The notes beneath the pieces are model-generated. The model was not told where the DNA came from and ran no database searches. It was given only the letters and a program-made list of their open reading frames with translations. The position numbers and the translations under genes are program-made. From Felis catus (lineage: Eukaryota), in contig NC_058368.1 in the NCBI RefSeq assembly GCF_018350175.1, positions 159,590,001 to 159,654,000 on the forward strand: a stretch of DNA of 64,000 nt, written 5' to 3'. Of the stretch, positions 47,199 to 60,299 are shown piece by piece. Each line of letters starts with the position of its first letter. The first letter of the stretch is position 1.

Positions 47199-49249
47199 TC
47201 TAGTATTCCATTTCAATAATTGTACAGAGAGATAACTTGAGAAGGTCTACTCTAAGAAAGAGCTAGAAGGAACAAGAGTCTTAGAGACTACAAAATTAGT
47301 AAAATGGAAGATATTAAGACCGTATAGCCCAAGAGTTGCTGTGATAAATTCTCTAATACAAGCTGCCTTGGCTGTTAGTTTATCTGAATCTCAACAGTGG
47401 GTCAGAAAGAAAGAATAAAGAAAAAGACAGAAGGAAGGAGGGAGGTATAAGACTAGAACGGATCTCATAGAGAAGACCCTCAACACAAGTAAGCATCCCT
47501 ATCTTGGTATCTAGGGAGTCAAAAAAAGTGGTAAGAATGGCAGGTGTTGCACTTAACATAAATTTTAAAAATTGCAGATAGTAGTGACAAAAGTATAACA
47601 ATCCCCAAAATGTTTTGGCAAGATAATGAATGGCAAAAAATTGTTAACAGTAAAGCCATGCTAATTCTCCCATTGCATGATCTTAGAAGTGTTGTTAGGT
47701 AGTTCTGTCCAACTATCTTCTGGCTTCTGGCTCGGTTTAGCAATTTTCATTTGCTATATATGCACAACACAAACTCTATGGTCCTTTGTCAGTCTCTATT
47801 TTGAAGTCAATTTATAATAAGAAAACATTTTTTTGTTTCCCATTAAAAAGGTGCCCATACATAAGAGGTTTATACTCTCCCTCAATTTGTAAATTATTTG
47901 TGTCCTCAGCTTAAAGCACCAGCAGTTGCAATGGACATTTTTGCATTGGGAATGAACTTAAATTGTGAGTTGGGTTTATATAAGAGCCTTCAGGTAATAA
48001 ATGTTGTTTGCTCCTGAAATTTTAATCTATGATTTAAGGTGACTTAAATCATATGATGATGAATCTATGATTTAAGGTGATTTATTGTGAAATATTTGGA
48101 AATAAATTTAAAGGATATCAGTTCTAACCAAGGGCTCCATTTATTTTTTTTTTTTACTTTTCCACAGCTAAATGTAATTTTGTAGTAGTTGTAGGTGTTA
48201 GGGAAACATGAATCATTTACCTAAATCAGCTTCAATTCCATTACCTTTCCATAATCTGAATACATAATTGTTTCAGTTTATTTTTAACTTACAAGGAAAC
48301 TCAAAGGACACTTCTTCACTTGTTCTGGGTTGTTTATATGGTCAGATTCAGTTACCAAGGCTTAGATCTAGTTTATGTTCATTGCTCTGGCATGGGGCTT
48401 TCATGTGTGCCTCTGCCTAATTCTGTGGGGGTGTGAAGAGAGGCATTATGTTCATGTGATATGATGCAAAGCCACTGAGCTCATCCAAGGTGTCAAACTT
48501 GGAGGCTGATCCTTGCTTCTTCCTTCCCAATGTGTAAAAATAAACATCCCAATCTCCGGCTTCTCTGATTGCACCAGTCACAAGTTGTCAGATGATTCCT
48601 TTGTTCCTAAACATTTTTAATGACTGGAAATAACAATTTTAGCCTCATCTTTAAAAAGCATCCTATTTCATCCAAACTTTCTAACAATTCCAAATCTGAA
48701 CATATAATTTTAAGTTTCTGAGTGGCAGGAAGTGAACTAAGCTTTCTTTTTTTTTTTTTTTTTAATAAAAGTTGTCAAAAGCAAAAGCTAGTTCTTTGTC
48801 AGTCTTCAGCCTTGAGGGGAATTTCTGAATGGGAATTCTAGGAAAAACATTGCAAATGTAACACTATTTTATTCTTTATCAATCTATTGACAAGCTTTTC
48901 TTGGTCATTTCTAATATGCTAGATACTGGAATATACAAAGTATGTAGTGATCAATTCCTATCTGAGACTTCAAGGTATCATGGGAGAGATAAAATGAATA
49001 TGCATGAAATATACACTGAATGAGTAAGGGTGAACCACAGGTCGCTGAGTTTAAGAGTAACAGGTGTTTGGAACAAAAAGAGAGATTGGTAAAGATCAAT
49101 GCAATAAAAGAAAGCTTTATGGAGGAAGCAGTGTTTGAACTGAGGCTTGAGGGGTGAACAAGGGCTAGCAGTCAGCAAGGTGGTTAGGACTAATGTTTCT
49201 CTAAGGAGGCTGACCTTAGCAGCCCTGTGGTGGGGAGGTATGGATCTCT

Positions 49250-49410
49250 GAGAAGTAAGATAGCTTAACTTTCCAAGTCTTATATACCTCATCTGTATCA
49301 TGGTGTTAACAATAATAGCACCTGTCTCACAGTTTTGTTTTATTTTGTTTGGGATAATGGCAAGATATATGCAAAGTGCTTAGCCATAAACGTTATCTGT
49401 TAGTATTAGG
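49250..49410 (+). mobile_element. MIR SINE fragment
   Basis: CTTAACTTTCCAAGTCT…CCTCATCTGTATCATGG…AATAGCACCTGTCTCACAG…ATGCAAAGTGCTTAGC. Confidence 0.7.
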
Positions 49411-50514
49411 CAGAGAGATGGGGACATTTTAAGGAAAACAATACAGTAAGTCAGAGAACAAAGATGGGATGGAGCTTACACACAGATCTGTTTGGCCAGA
49501 GTGAAGCACGGAGTATGTGGAGGAGTCTAAGGGGAATGAAACCTAATAGATAAGGCCACACTATGTCAAAGGGAGCTTAAAAGCTTGATATATGTATTAA
49601 TACGTTCATTCAAAGATAATTAGCATCTACTATCTTAGTACATAGCAGTAACATTGTGCTAGGGGGAGATTCTGTAGTGAAGAGGCTAGTATCCTTCCTG
49701 CCCTCGTGGAGTGTCAGTCCTTTAGGGAATACAAATATTAAAAAATTACAAGGGGGAAAGGGAAATATAAAAGTTTAAAAGGTTTTATATTATTCTGGAT
49801 TTTATAAGAGTTGATATTGAAAACGAAAGTCTTTTAAGCATAAAAGGAATTACCACTAACCTGCATGAGTTAAGGCATGTGGTTAGATATAATGTAGTAT
49901 CACTCTATCTACATAACACAAATTAGTCAGGCTGATACAAGAAAAATCAAGCCTGTAAAACCAATATGGAACTTGATCAAACTTTTGATATCAGGTAGAC
50001 ACAGCTTCAGTTCTTAAAAGTCCTTTGAAACCTGCACAACTAGCTTTATCTTCCCTCAAACTTTGAGCTAGGTCCAAATCATTGTGTTCCCATTTTTCTG
50101 GTCTAACCCTACTCATATTATCACTAGTATGTGTAACTTCTGCAGTCTATGATGCCTTTCCTTATCTCCTCATGATTTTGTTTCCCTGTCCCCCCACATT
50201 CCTTTTTCTGTGTTATAAGATGGTATGTGGACAAAAACCTCCTTCCTTGCACACTTACTTTCTCATGTAACCTAATCCAATTGAAAGAATATTTTCTGAG
50301 TACCTCCTATGTTCTTATCACCGAAAGAGCCACTAATGTACATTTTATTCTTTCCTGGAATATTATTTTACCATAAGCATGGAGATCACATGCAGTCTTA
50401 ATAAAGGTAGAGTTACAGTTGGTCAAATATTGCAAATATGTATTTTATATATTACAGGTATTTCCAATCCCAGATGGCCAATTCATATAAATAGTACCTT
50501 TTACAGCAAATGTT

Positions 50515-50825
50515 ATGTATTAGTTAGGACAGGCTAATTCATGTACTATAACAAAAAACACCATCCTTTCTGTGACTTAACACAGCAAATGTCTGTCCCT
50601 CATACATAGCACATAACCCATATGGTCAATCTTGGTTTACGATGGTCACTCAGAGACCCAGGTGGACAAAGTTTCTGCCTTCCTGTGAGCTGCTATTTCA
50701 TAAGAGCCTTAAGGTTTTATTAGGGTGAAGAGAACAAAGAGAATCATGTGGAAGCTTTTCTGTCTAACTTTTGTCTAACTTTAATGGGGCAAAGACATGC
50801 AACTCCCCCCCATGCTTCCAGAAGG
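50515..50825 (-). mobile_element. Old MaLR LTR (MLT1-like)
   Basis: TGTATTAGTTAGGACAGGCTA…GTGACTTAACACAGCAAA…GTCACTCAGAGACCCAGG. Confidence 0.6.
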
Positions 50826-52326
50826 ATTGAAGCAGTATTAGTGAGTAATATCCATCATACCCTACAAGACAAATTGACTTGCTCATTTGAGAGCAATGCC
50901 CCACAGAATACCATTTGTTTGCAGCAGACATCTGAAGTGAACTGAACTGCAACAGTTAACAATTCTCAGATCATTTGTCACATAGCAATTTTCTGTCAAC
51001 TTCACTACCTCAAACCTTGCCATTTCATAAACAACACTGACATAAATTCTCGAATAGCTACCAAATATGGAGAACATAGTTCTCCAGCAACTTTTCAGGG
51101 GAATGACAGCTTCATGACACTGACCAGATTTCCCCAGAAGAGCCCAGGAACATCTCTTCTGCTAATTTATTTCAAGAGGCTTCAGTGGCTTTTGGGGGGC
51201 AAACCCAGTTTCTGACTATATTCCAGGAGAAATTTCATGATGTCAAATTATTTGGACTCTCCTTAACTTTGCTCTGATAATGTTCCTATTAACCTGGAAT
51301 ATCAAAAGGACTGGTTATCATTTCTAGGGTGATTGTTTTTCTAAAAGTTGGCATGGGGCTTACTTAGAGTCATAGGTAATTTTAAATGTTTTATGTGTAT
51401 CAGGACTGATATATTACTACAGCTGAAAGAGAGAAAACCAGTAAATGGATCTAAAATGAAATTCTTCAGCTCACCTATAGTAACTTAAACCTGAAGTTAT
51501 AATCATGTTCATTAAGAATCACAAATTTTGGGATGGAAAAGTATGTAGGCCATTTTTCCAAAAGATCCTGTCATTTTATTGCTCTCTTCATTCAGAGCAG
51601 GTGTATTTGCTCTTTGTTTAATTTCTGTTATTTGCATCAGTTTGGGGTATATACTTGTCAGTTTCACACACCATGATGTAAACACCTTTGCTGGTGATAA
51701 TCACTGTGGTCTTTTTATAATGATAATAAAATGATAAGAACGATACTTTGCACCATGTACTTTTCTTCTAATCAGCTCAAAGCTTATGACACAATCAATA
51801 GGATAGCTTTTATATTGCTGTCGCAGGCTTTCATTGACATACTAACACAAGCAGCTGTCATAAACCAGCCAAAGAAGAATGAGGCCATTATGTTGTTCTT
51901 ATTGATTTAAACTAAGTGAAAGTGGCCCATATGTCTTTGAGTCCTTTTAGCACAACTTCAGTTATGACTTAAAACTGTTTCTTTGGAAGAAAGATATGAG
52001 TGTTAATTTTTCCTTTCATGTGTTTAAAATGTAGTGTTCCTGTTCTTATTACAGAAATATGCAGCCACTGAACAACTCTCAGAATGATGAGTTCTTTTAG
52101 AGGGTTTTTTTTCCCTAGTTGTAATGCTCTGAATTCAGTCTTCTTATGAGAGCTACCGTGCACAGAGCTATGATGTTAACTGATCTGACTGAAGGTTCCA
52201 CTGATTGCCTCAATCTCGTGGCCTCACTTACTAAGTGAAAAACTCAGATTTCCTAATCTACCCATTTCCCTTTACTCAGTTTATTTAACAGGTCTGAGAC
52301 TATTAATTCACGTAGGTGTTGGGATT

Positions 52327-52807
52327 GTGTGTCTCAGTATGAATTCTCTCCATGCAAAACTTAAGACAAGGACTTGGATGCAGGCTATTTACTTAGGGGT
52401 AACTTCAAAAACAGGAGTGAGAGAGCGAGGTGGATGAAAACAGGGAAGGATGAAAAAGAATTAACATAAAAATGTATTGGGTACAATTTAGCCAGATGTC
52501 TGAGAGGCATGCAGAATGTGTGCCGCTGTTGTTCCTTTAGAAGGACAGGAGGCTGAGGACACCCAGTAGCTCACCTGGAGCATTAACACTCAGTATATTC
52601 TTGAACTGGTTTTGTCCATGGGCTGAGCATGAGCTGTGGCTTTGGAGAGGGTCCCCAACAGAAAATGAGGAGAAACATGGGAAAGCTTTGATGCAGGATG
52701 TTGTCAGCATGAAGCTAAGATCCCATAACAGTATGCCCTACAGCTGTGGCTAAAGTCAGAGATGGTCTGAAGGATGGGACGTGAGGCAACAGAAGTATAT
52801 GCTACAC
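52327..52807 (-). mobile_element. ERVL-type LTR (LTR33/LTR41-like)
   Basis: AGACAAGGACTTGGATGCAGGCTATTTACTTAGGGG … GAGGCAACAGAAGTATATGCTACA. Confidence 0.6.
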
Positions 52808-52823
52808 GATAAATTTGGTAATA

Positions 52824-54044
52824 CGCTAACACCTTGGTTAGCAAGTATAATTCGTTTTGGAAACGTGTTTGTCATCCAAAGCAACTGTATATCCAAGCAA
52901 ATTTACCCATAAGAAATAATGGAAACTCTGATGATTTGTTCCACAACCCAAAAATATTCATATAAAAATTACTTCAATACTGTAAGACAATACAAAATAA
53001 TAAAGAAAGTACAAAACATAAAGAAAAATAAACAAATGAACCTGAACTTAGGTTTGAAAACCATGGCTAGTGTGAGGGAGACAGGACAGAGGAGGGTTAT
53101 TGTGTAGAACGACTTTCACTATCACTAATAGAATCACTGCTATCTATTTGCTCAATGGATTTTTTTTTCTTTTCATGCAACTTTAACAAGGAACCTATCC
53201 AATGGTACTTGCTTTTCCCTCCTTTTGAAGATTTTGAGGAAATGTGACGTTGCATTGTCATTAAACAGATTCATCGCTCGCATTGCTACAGCCTTATTCC
53301 GGTGGTGCTTTTCTACAAAATTTTGTGTTGTTTCCCACATTTTATACATCTTCCTAATCTCATTTGAAGTGAGGGATTCCTCTGCCTTTTTCTCCTCCTC
53401 CTCTGCATATGAGATATAGACATAGACTTCTTATAAAATCTTGCAATTTCGGCTACTCTCATACCTCGTTCATACTTCTCCATGATTTCCTTCTTAACTT
53501 CCACCGTAATCATCTCCTTCTTCTTACCGGCTTTCTTTTCAACCTTTTTCTGCATGGGGGCCATAGTATACGCTCATACAGATTTTGACTATAGTAGAGT
53601 ATTAATGAACTAGTGTCATAATACTGTATTTAATGTAACTGGCAATAAGGCAGCAGAGGAGAGGGTGTATATCTGCAGGCAGCCTGACCTAGAAGAAGCA
53701 AAGCATTCCTAAGCTCACTCTTGTATGGAAAAGCAAAGGTGCTTTGAAGTGACAATAAATATGCTAGTGCCAGTTGTGGGTTCTGAAAAATCACTGATTT
53801 CTGCCAAACACCACAGCCTGAGACCAAGCATCCAGGCATGGGAGAAAATCATCCACAATCCCACAGCAAAAGAGAGAGAGAGAGAAAGAACCATTGGCTC
53901 AGTTGTGATCATGTGACATTCAGCATCGTGTTCTTGCTGTAATGCAAGACATTGTTCATTTATCAAGTTAAAAATTATTAGAAATGTTTGCTCGTATTGC
54001 AGAACACTAGCAGAACAAGTGACTCATGATCCAAGGTTTTACTG
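52824..54044 (-). mobile_element. Tigger/pogo DNA transposon, internally deleted, non-autonomous
   Basis: TA on both sides; TIRs CGCTAACACCTTGG (52824-52837) and CAGTAAAACCTTGG (reverse complement of 54031-54044), 11/14 identical; transposase N- and C-terminal coding pieces inside. Confidence 0.92.
53173..53564 (-). pseudogene. Truncated Tigger transposase: N-terminal psq/CENP-B HTH joined out of frame to the C-terminal tail; DDE domain deleted
   Basis: MAPMQKKVEKKAGKKKEMITVEVKKEIMEKYERGMRVAEIARFYKKS, then in another frame AEEEEKKAEESLTSNEIRKMYKMWETTQNFVEKHHRNKAVAMRAMNLFNDNATSHFLKIFKRREKQVPLDRFLVKVA*. Confidence 0.88.
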
Positions 54045-54764
54045 TACATATTAAATATCTAAAATTAATTTTTCATATCTTATTATGCAGCATATAGCAT
54101 ATTGGCCTCACAACCTGAGAGTTTTTTGAAAAATGTACAGTTCAAAGAAACTTTGTGATGTGTTACCCAGAAATTATGATGTAGGCCTTATAAACTTTAG
54201 ATACCGTATGTTATTGTAATTAAGGAAAAGGTGTAAACCCTTTCTCACCAGCATGCCTCCTCTTTAAAAATGGATTTTGATCCCTTTGGGCATAACCAAG
54301 CACAAAGACCTTTGCTGGTCTCAAGGACAAACTCCACCAGTGCCCACCCTGTAAGACATTCAGCGCACACACTATGGGCACAGAACCCTCCATCTGGCAA
54401 TATCCACCAAGCCGCCAGAAATGTCCCAGAGACACTGGCAGACAGCAGTTAGTGCATTTTATCATGTTCTTATGTATCTTCAAAACTTTATTCTTTTTCC
54501 TCTGGAAAATTGATTCAAAACTATTTCAATATTTGTAATTCACTTATTTATTGGTACAAGCTTATATAATATATATTATTACAAATATGTGCATTTATTG
54601 GCTTTTGGGTCTGGTTCATGAATATCTTTTAAGCTCCCCAGGACAGGGACTATATATTGTTCACTTTTGTATATCCCAGCACCCTGCCAATAGAAGCGGA
54701 ATAAATATTTGTGGAATTCAAAATTGTTACCCATCAAGTGTCATGGAGGAGAGAAAAAGACAAA

Positions 54765-54990
54765 AAGTATTATGAAGTACTCACTGTGTTGGGAACTATT
54801 ACTAAGTACTTCGTAAAAATGATTTCATGTAAGGTTCACAGTAACCCTGAGGCAGGTACTAGTATTAACCCTGTCTCACCAATGGGAAACTGTGATTAAG
54901 AAAAATATAAACAGTGGACCAAAGTCTTAAAGGCAGTTAGTTGTGGAATGGTGGTTTAACCTGAGACTTCCAGACCACTGGCTTCTGCAA
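54765..54990 (-). mobile_element. MIR SINE
   Basis: AACCCTGAGGCAGGTACTAGTATTAACCCTGTCTCACCAATGGGAAACTGTG. Confidence 0.75.
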
Positions 54991-55499
54991 AATATCCTTA
55001 CAATATTTTCCTGCTTCGGAAAAGGCTAGAGTGGAGGCATGCTATTTAGAATTTGTGAAACCGTTGTCTGATGTGACAGAGTGGCCTTCCTGAATTCATA
55101 CCCTTCTGGCCTTTAGTGCTGTCTCTTCTGCCTGTACTTTTGCCACTTTCTTATAAAACTACCCCTCAACACTCACTGTCTGCCTTTCCCTGAGCCACCA
55201 GCATCTCGCTCGGCCAGTAGATCAATGCAGGCTCCAGGCCAAAACACTTGGAGGTTTCTGCACTAACTTTACAGTCCATTCAAATTCCTGGTGTTCTTTT
55301 GTCCATTTTTGGATTAATTCCTTTCCTTTGTCAGGTCACCACCATTATCTCTCGGTACTCCTCAGAAGGGAGTACTGCTTTGCGTTACATAACAACAGCA
55401 AAATGCTGACACAGTGGGGGCAACATGCTCCGATTGCTGTTGTGATGTCTGTTTCCTTCTGAAGCAACATGAATCAGTAGTTACAAGCCTGCACTCCCT

Positions 55500-55700
55500 C
55501 CGACAGCCTGAGTTCAGTCCCTGGCCCTATTCTGTGACCTTTGGGCAAGGTGTTTAAATCTTTCTGGGCCTCAATCACATCATGTGTATAATGGGGATAA
55601 TAAGAGTATCTACCTTATAGGATCCTTCTGAGGATTAATTAGTAATTACATGCAAAACTTAGAACACAGTGCCTAGTAGATAATGAGCTCTGTATAAGGA
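55500..55700 (+). mobile_element. MIR SINE
   Basis: TGTGACCTTTGGGCAAG…GGGCCTCAAT…ATAATGGGGATAATAAGAGTATCTACCTTATAGG…TGAGGATTAA. Confidence 0.82.
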
Positions 55701-57059
55701 GCTAACAAAGAAATGCAGTCCCATCTAGGAGTATGAATGCCGGGTCTTCCATCGATCTAAATGTAGTATCACGCGTAAGTTTTTGAACAAATAGAACTTG
55801 AACATTTGACAATAGGCAGAAATTCTAGTTACAAAAAACAAAGACAAAAACAAAAACAAAAGAATCCCAAGTACCATCCTCAGTAAGTGGCTCCTGGAAG
55901 ATAAACTGTCTTCAGCACTGCTCTGAAATGACTCTCTTGACTCTATTACCTCACTTTCTCTCTCCCTTTCTCCAGTCCTTCCCTTCCTCTTTCCCTCCCT
56001 CTCTTTGGAGCTAAAGACTGTTACTTCAAACCTTTACCACTGCTTCCCATGCATAGATATCATGCCCAGAGTTAGTTCTTTGACAAATTTTCCTGGAAAG
56101 TGGCTGAAGATGAAGGCCACATTAACATATAAGAGTACTGTGAGTCCTAAGCAGTCCATTCCAGGCTGTGTCTTACTCCCTTGGAAACACCTTGCCTCAG
56201 TCAGGCAGGATTTGGCCTCTATTCTTATCTTTTTTTCCTTTAACATTGACTGCCCTCACTGCCTGAAAAAAAAAAAAAAAAAACACCTCGGAAAGATTAA
56301 TTATTAATTTAAAAAAAAAGTTACTTCAAACACTTCAAAAGTCAGCACAGGAGAGGGAAAGCCCCAATAACTGGTTGTATAGTCACACTTGACATTGACT
56401 TCATCATTTTATTTATTCTTTTTTTTCTGTCTTGAAAAACAAAAGGTCATTTCTGTTTTATGGCATCTGAGGTATAAATGCATATGAGGTTAGGGTGGGC
56501 TGGTGTTAAAATATTTATTGGTTAAGTCTGACACTCATATTTATAGTCTTATCTCCAAAGACCTGTGAAGTGTATATTATTAAATGGAATCTATACTCAG
56601 AAGTTTTGCTCTCAGAATACATAATTTACCTATTTAGTTTCTTTGCACATACTTGTTTTAAGCTAAAGAATTTCAATGGCTCTGGATATTCAACTATTCT
56701 TTTTAAATGTCTGTGGAATTGGGTATGCAATAAATCACTATGATTGACAGTTTTGGCATTTCACAGAGGTGATTCTCTAGCACTAACTATGGGACTGAGG
56801 GTTTCAACACAAGGTACCAAACCTGTCAGAAATTATGTTTTCCATTTTTTTCAAACAAAATATCAGGTTACTTGGGCCCACATGCTCCTTCAAGTAGCTA
56901 TAAAAATGACTTAAAGATGATAAGTTATCAAATATTCATAGTTTGGGTATTTGGTATCTTTTCAAGCTCCAAAGATTTTAGTACATTTGACAAATATTTT
57001 AAGTGTCTAAAATGTGCAATAAGGTGACCCAGTCTCTATCAAGATAAAGCAAGTGATTG

Positions 57060-57260
57060 ACAATAGCTAACATTTCCTGGGTGCTCGCCTTGTCCAGAGC
57101 ACTGTTCTAATGGGGATTCATTCATTGAATTTTTCCCACAACCCTCTAAGAAGGTGGTATCGTATCTCCCAGAGGAAAATAATTTGCTTAAAAGTCACAC
57201 GTCTAGTAAGAAGTAGAACCTGGATTTAGAATAGGCTGTCCTGTCCTAAAGCAGCTCTAT
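57060..57260 (-). mobile_element. MIR SINE
   Basis: ATAGCTAACATTT…CACAACCCTCTAAG…AGTCACACGTCTAGTAAG…AGAACCTGGATT. Confidence 0.72.
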
Positions 57261-57654
57261 TTATATTTTACTTTGGTCCTTGAGGGCCTTTCAACATACT
57301 GGAAGAAAGGAAGGAAATAAAATTAAATATATAAATAGTCATAGAGCAAACTATGAGATGGAAAAGTAAAAGTGTTATGAAGTTGAAAAAAGGAGGAATT
57401 ACATCCATTTTCATCAAAACTGAAAAGTCTTATTATTAAAGTGGCCTATTGACTGGCATATTGAGGATAGTTTATATTGGAAGAATTGGAGCTGATTCAA
57501 GGCATTATGAGTAGAAAGAAAAGTAAGAGCAGAGGTGTATGGCAGGGTATGAGGCACGTTGTAGGATGAGCAAGTAGTCAGTTTGGTAAGGTATGGGCTA
57601 AGGAACAGTAGTAGTAGCTGGTGAAACTGGAGAGGTAACATGAAGAATAACCAG

Positions 57655-57750
57655 ACAATGTATGGAAGTGTTGAATCACTATATCATACACCTGAAACTA
57701 ATATAACACTGTATATTAACTAACTGGAATTCAAATAAAAACTTTAAAAA
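57655..57750 (+). mobile_element. Very short L1 3' end within L2-like sequence
   Basis: GTTGAATCACTATATCATACACCTGAAACTAATATAACACTGTATATTAACTAACTGGAATTCAAATAAAA. Confidence 0.8.
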
Positions 57751-58109
57751 TGTGGAAGAATATTAAATGGTAGGTCAAAGAGTTTTAGAACTTAGCAACG
57801 TTGAAGTTTTAGAATTCTTTAATAAGAAAAATGATTAAAGCACTGTTGGGGAAATATTACCTAGCCCTGGGATTTTATTATATTTATCATTGATTCCACT
57901 TCTAGTTTTAAACTATGTAAGATGAAATATCTATACGAGGATTAGGGAATAAGGAAAGGAGAAGCGGAGATGAGATGCACTTTTAGTAAGACCCAGGAGG
58001 AACCAGTCATTGTAGTGGTTATCACGTTAAATCTGAGTGAGTGGTTTGCAGGATGGACGGGACAGAGGAGAGCTCATGGCCGTTGGTCACTGGTACCACT
58101 CCCTGGCCA

Positions 58110-58270
58110 CACTGTAGAATCAATCACCTGGGGCACTCTCAGTATCACGACACCGAGGGCACATCCCAAATAAATCACATCAGGATTCTCTGAGATTTCA
58201 ATTCAGATGTCAGTATTTTTAAAATTTCCAGAGAGATTGTATTGTGTCACTAAGACTGAGAACTATTGCT
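58110..58270. mobile_element. MER5-like hAT MITE fragment
   Basis: AATCACCTGGGG…CAGTATTTTTAAAATTTCCAGAGAGATT…GACTGAGAACTATTG followed by CTCTAG. Confidence 0.65.
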
Positions 58271-58884
58271 CTAGTAAGTCATGAGGATTTGATCTTCAGG
58301 GCTGACAGTGAAAATGGAAAAGAGGAAAGGAATCTGAAAAATAGTTTGAAAGGAAAATCAACATTTCTTTTTGAAAACACTAGGAAAATTGCTTCCATAG
58401 CCCATTCATTAAATTAAAAAACAACAACAACAAAACCCAAAAAAAAAACGCCCAAAACTTCCACGGGATAAACACATGCGGAGAATTTGACAAGCTTCAT
58501 CAGAACATAGAGCTGCATTGATACCAAGGCAAAGAGTCGTCCAGGGTAGGATGCTTAGTAATAACCCCAGAGTGAGGAAAACTTCTCCTATCTCCTTCAT
58601 AGAGGGTGTAGGAGCATCAAATGCAGTAATACAGGATAAAGAACTCAAATGAAAAGGCAGCACTCTATTCATGTGAGCCATTACTTTAAGAATCCCGCTT
58701 ACTAGCTTTGTGTTAAACTTAGATTCCCTCTCCCCTGGGATAATTTTGTGATCCACGGTGTAATCCTTAAAAACACCTTTGGAAGTTGTTTCTGGAACTT
58801 CAATAAGTTGAACCCCAAATTCTAAGTTCATATGTTGTACCCATTGCTCTGCCAACAGAGTTGATTCCTTTGCTACCTCACTTT

Positions 58885-59016
58885 CTTTTCCTTTTTTAAA
58901 TTAAAAAAAAAAATTGAGTATAGTTGACCCACTGTATTTCATTAGTTTCAGGTATACAACACAGTGATTCAGCATCTCTCTATATAATGCTATACTCACG
59001 CCAAGTGTTACTACCA
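58885..59016 (-). mobile_element. Short L1 3' end
   Basis: ATTAGTTTCAGGTATACAACACAGTGATTC; TSD TTTGCTA(C/T)CTCA(C/T)TTT at 58869-58884 and 59017-59032. Confidence 0.85.
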
Positions 59017-59320
59017 TTTGCTATCTCATTTTAAATAACAACAGCAACAAAAGCTACCTAAATTTTTGATAATCACTTATGGATTCAGCTCTTGGTTACC
59101 TTTGACTGAATAAGTAACTAGATGCCAACAGCCAAGGGAGTTGTCCCTACTGTCTTTGTGAACCTTTCCTGTGTTTTCCAGGGGAACATTCAAACTGGTT
59201 GCAAGACAAATCAAGTACCTTTACTCTACCCTTTGACTACTGACTGCTATTACTCTTAGAAGTTATTTTCAAATGAATTCCAATATGCTACCAAACTTTA
59301 ACTAAGCAGGTTTATGTTAT

Positions 59321-59524
59321 TTTTTTTTAAGTTTTTATTTGATTTTATTTTTTGAGAGACAGCACGTGAACAGGGGATAGGCAGAGAGAGAAGGGAACAG
59401 AAGATCTGATGCAGGCTCCATGTAGACAACAGCGAGCCCAATGTGCGGCTCGAACCCATGAACCAGGAGATCATGACCTGAGCTGAAGTCTAGCACTCAA
59501 CCAACTGAGCCACACAGATACCCC
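59321..59524 (-). mobile_element. Can-SINE
   Basis: TSD AA(G/T)CAGGTTT(A/C)TGTTAT at 59304-59320 and 59525-59541. Confidence 0.92.
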
Positions 59525-60299
59525 AATCAGGTTTCTGTTATATTTTTACCAGCATATAAGGAAAGGAGGTTAGAAAAGGAACAAAATGAATTTGAGCCAC
59601 CCCCTTTAAAAATGTAATACAAATGCGACTTGCCTCCCACCATTACCTTTGGAAACCCTATCCAGTCTCAAAATTATGAATATCAATTATTTTACCCAGT
59701 ACTTTATACCCCCAAAATGTTTTACAATCACATTTAGCTAATCCTCATAAAATCCCATTGAGGCATGCTAGAGTTAATATTCTCATTTCATAGCTAGAGA
59801 AATCATGGTTCAGAAACATTAAAGAACTTCTAAGAGACTGAACAAGCCAGTTGAAAAGTGAGATTGAAGGAACATGTAGCCACTCACCCTTCTGATGCTC
59901 TCCGCCCTCCCTAAGAAATTTTCATGTTAATATATTCCACTGGACGAGTTTTCTTTCCTTTAACTCCATGGATTTACTGGGCCAAAATCTTTATATTTGG
60001 TAATAGGTCCACTAAGTAATCAAAGACAGAATTTTTGAAAGGTTACTTAAGTTCTCTGCAATCCAAGCATCTTTGTAAAAAAAAAAAAAAAAAAAAAGTA
60101 CTGATTCAGAAGAGTGAGAAACTAGGTCTAAGATAATTCCTGAAATCACACACTGCTTCACATTGTTGGAGTGGTAAGAAGTAGAACACCAAATGCAGGG
60201 TCCAGGCCAAAGAAAAATTTATGGATGTGTGTAATGAAGTCAGTTTTCCCTGTTTTGCCTTATTTTCCTGTTTCTTTCCTCCCAGCTATATCAGTGTTT

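Noticed and set aside
55408..55425. CTCF-like ACAGTGGGGGCA
   Set aside because: Spacing and first positions do not fit the CCAGYAGRKGGCR core
58409..58855. 148-aa minus-strand ORF
   Set aside because: Non-ATG start, no recognisable homology, weak acceptor, and it ends in a simple repeat
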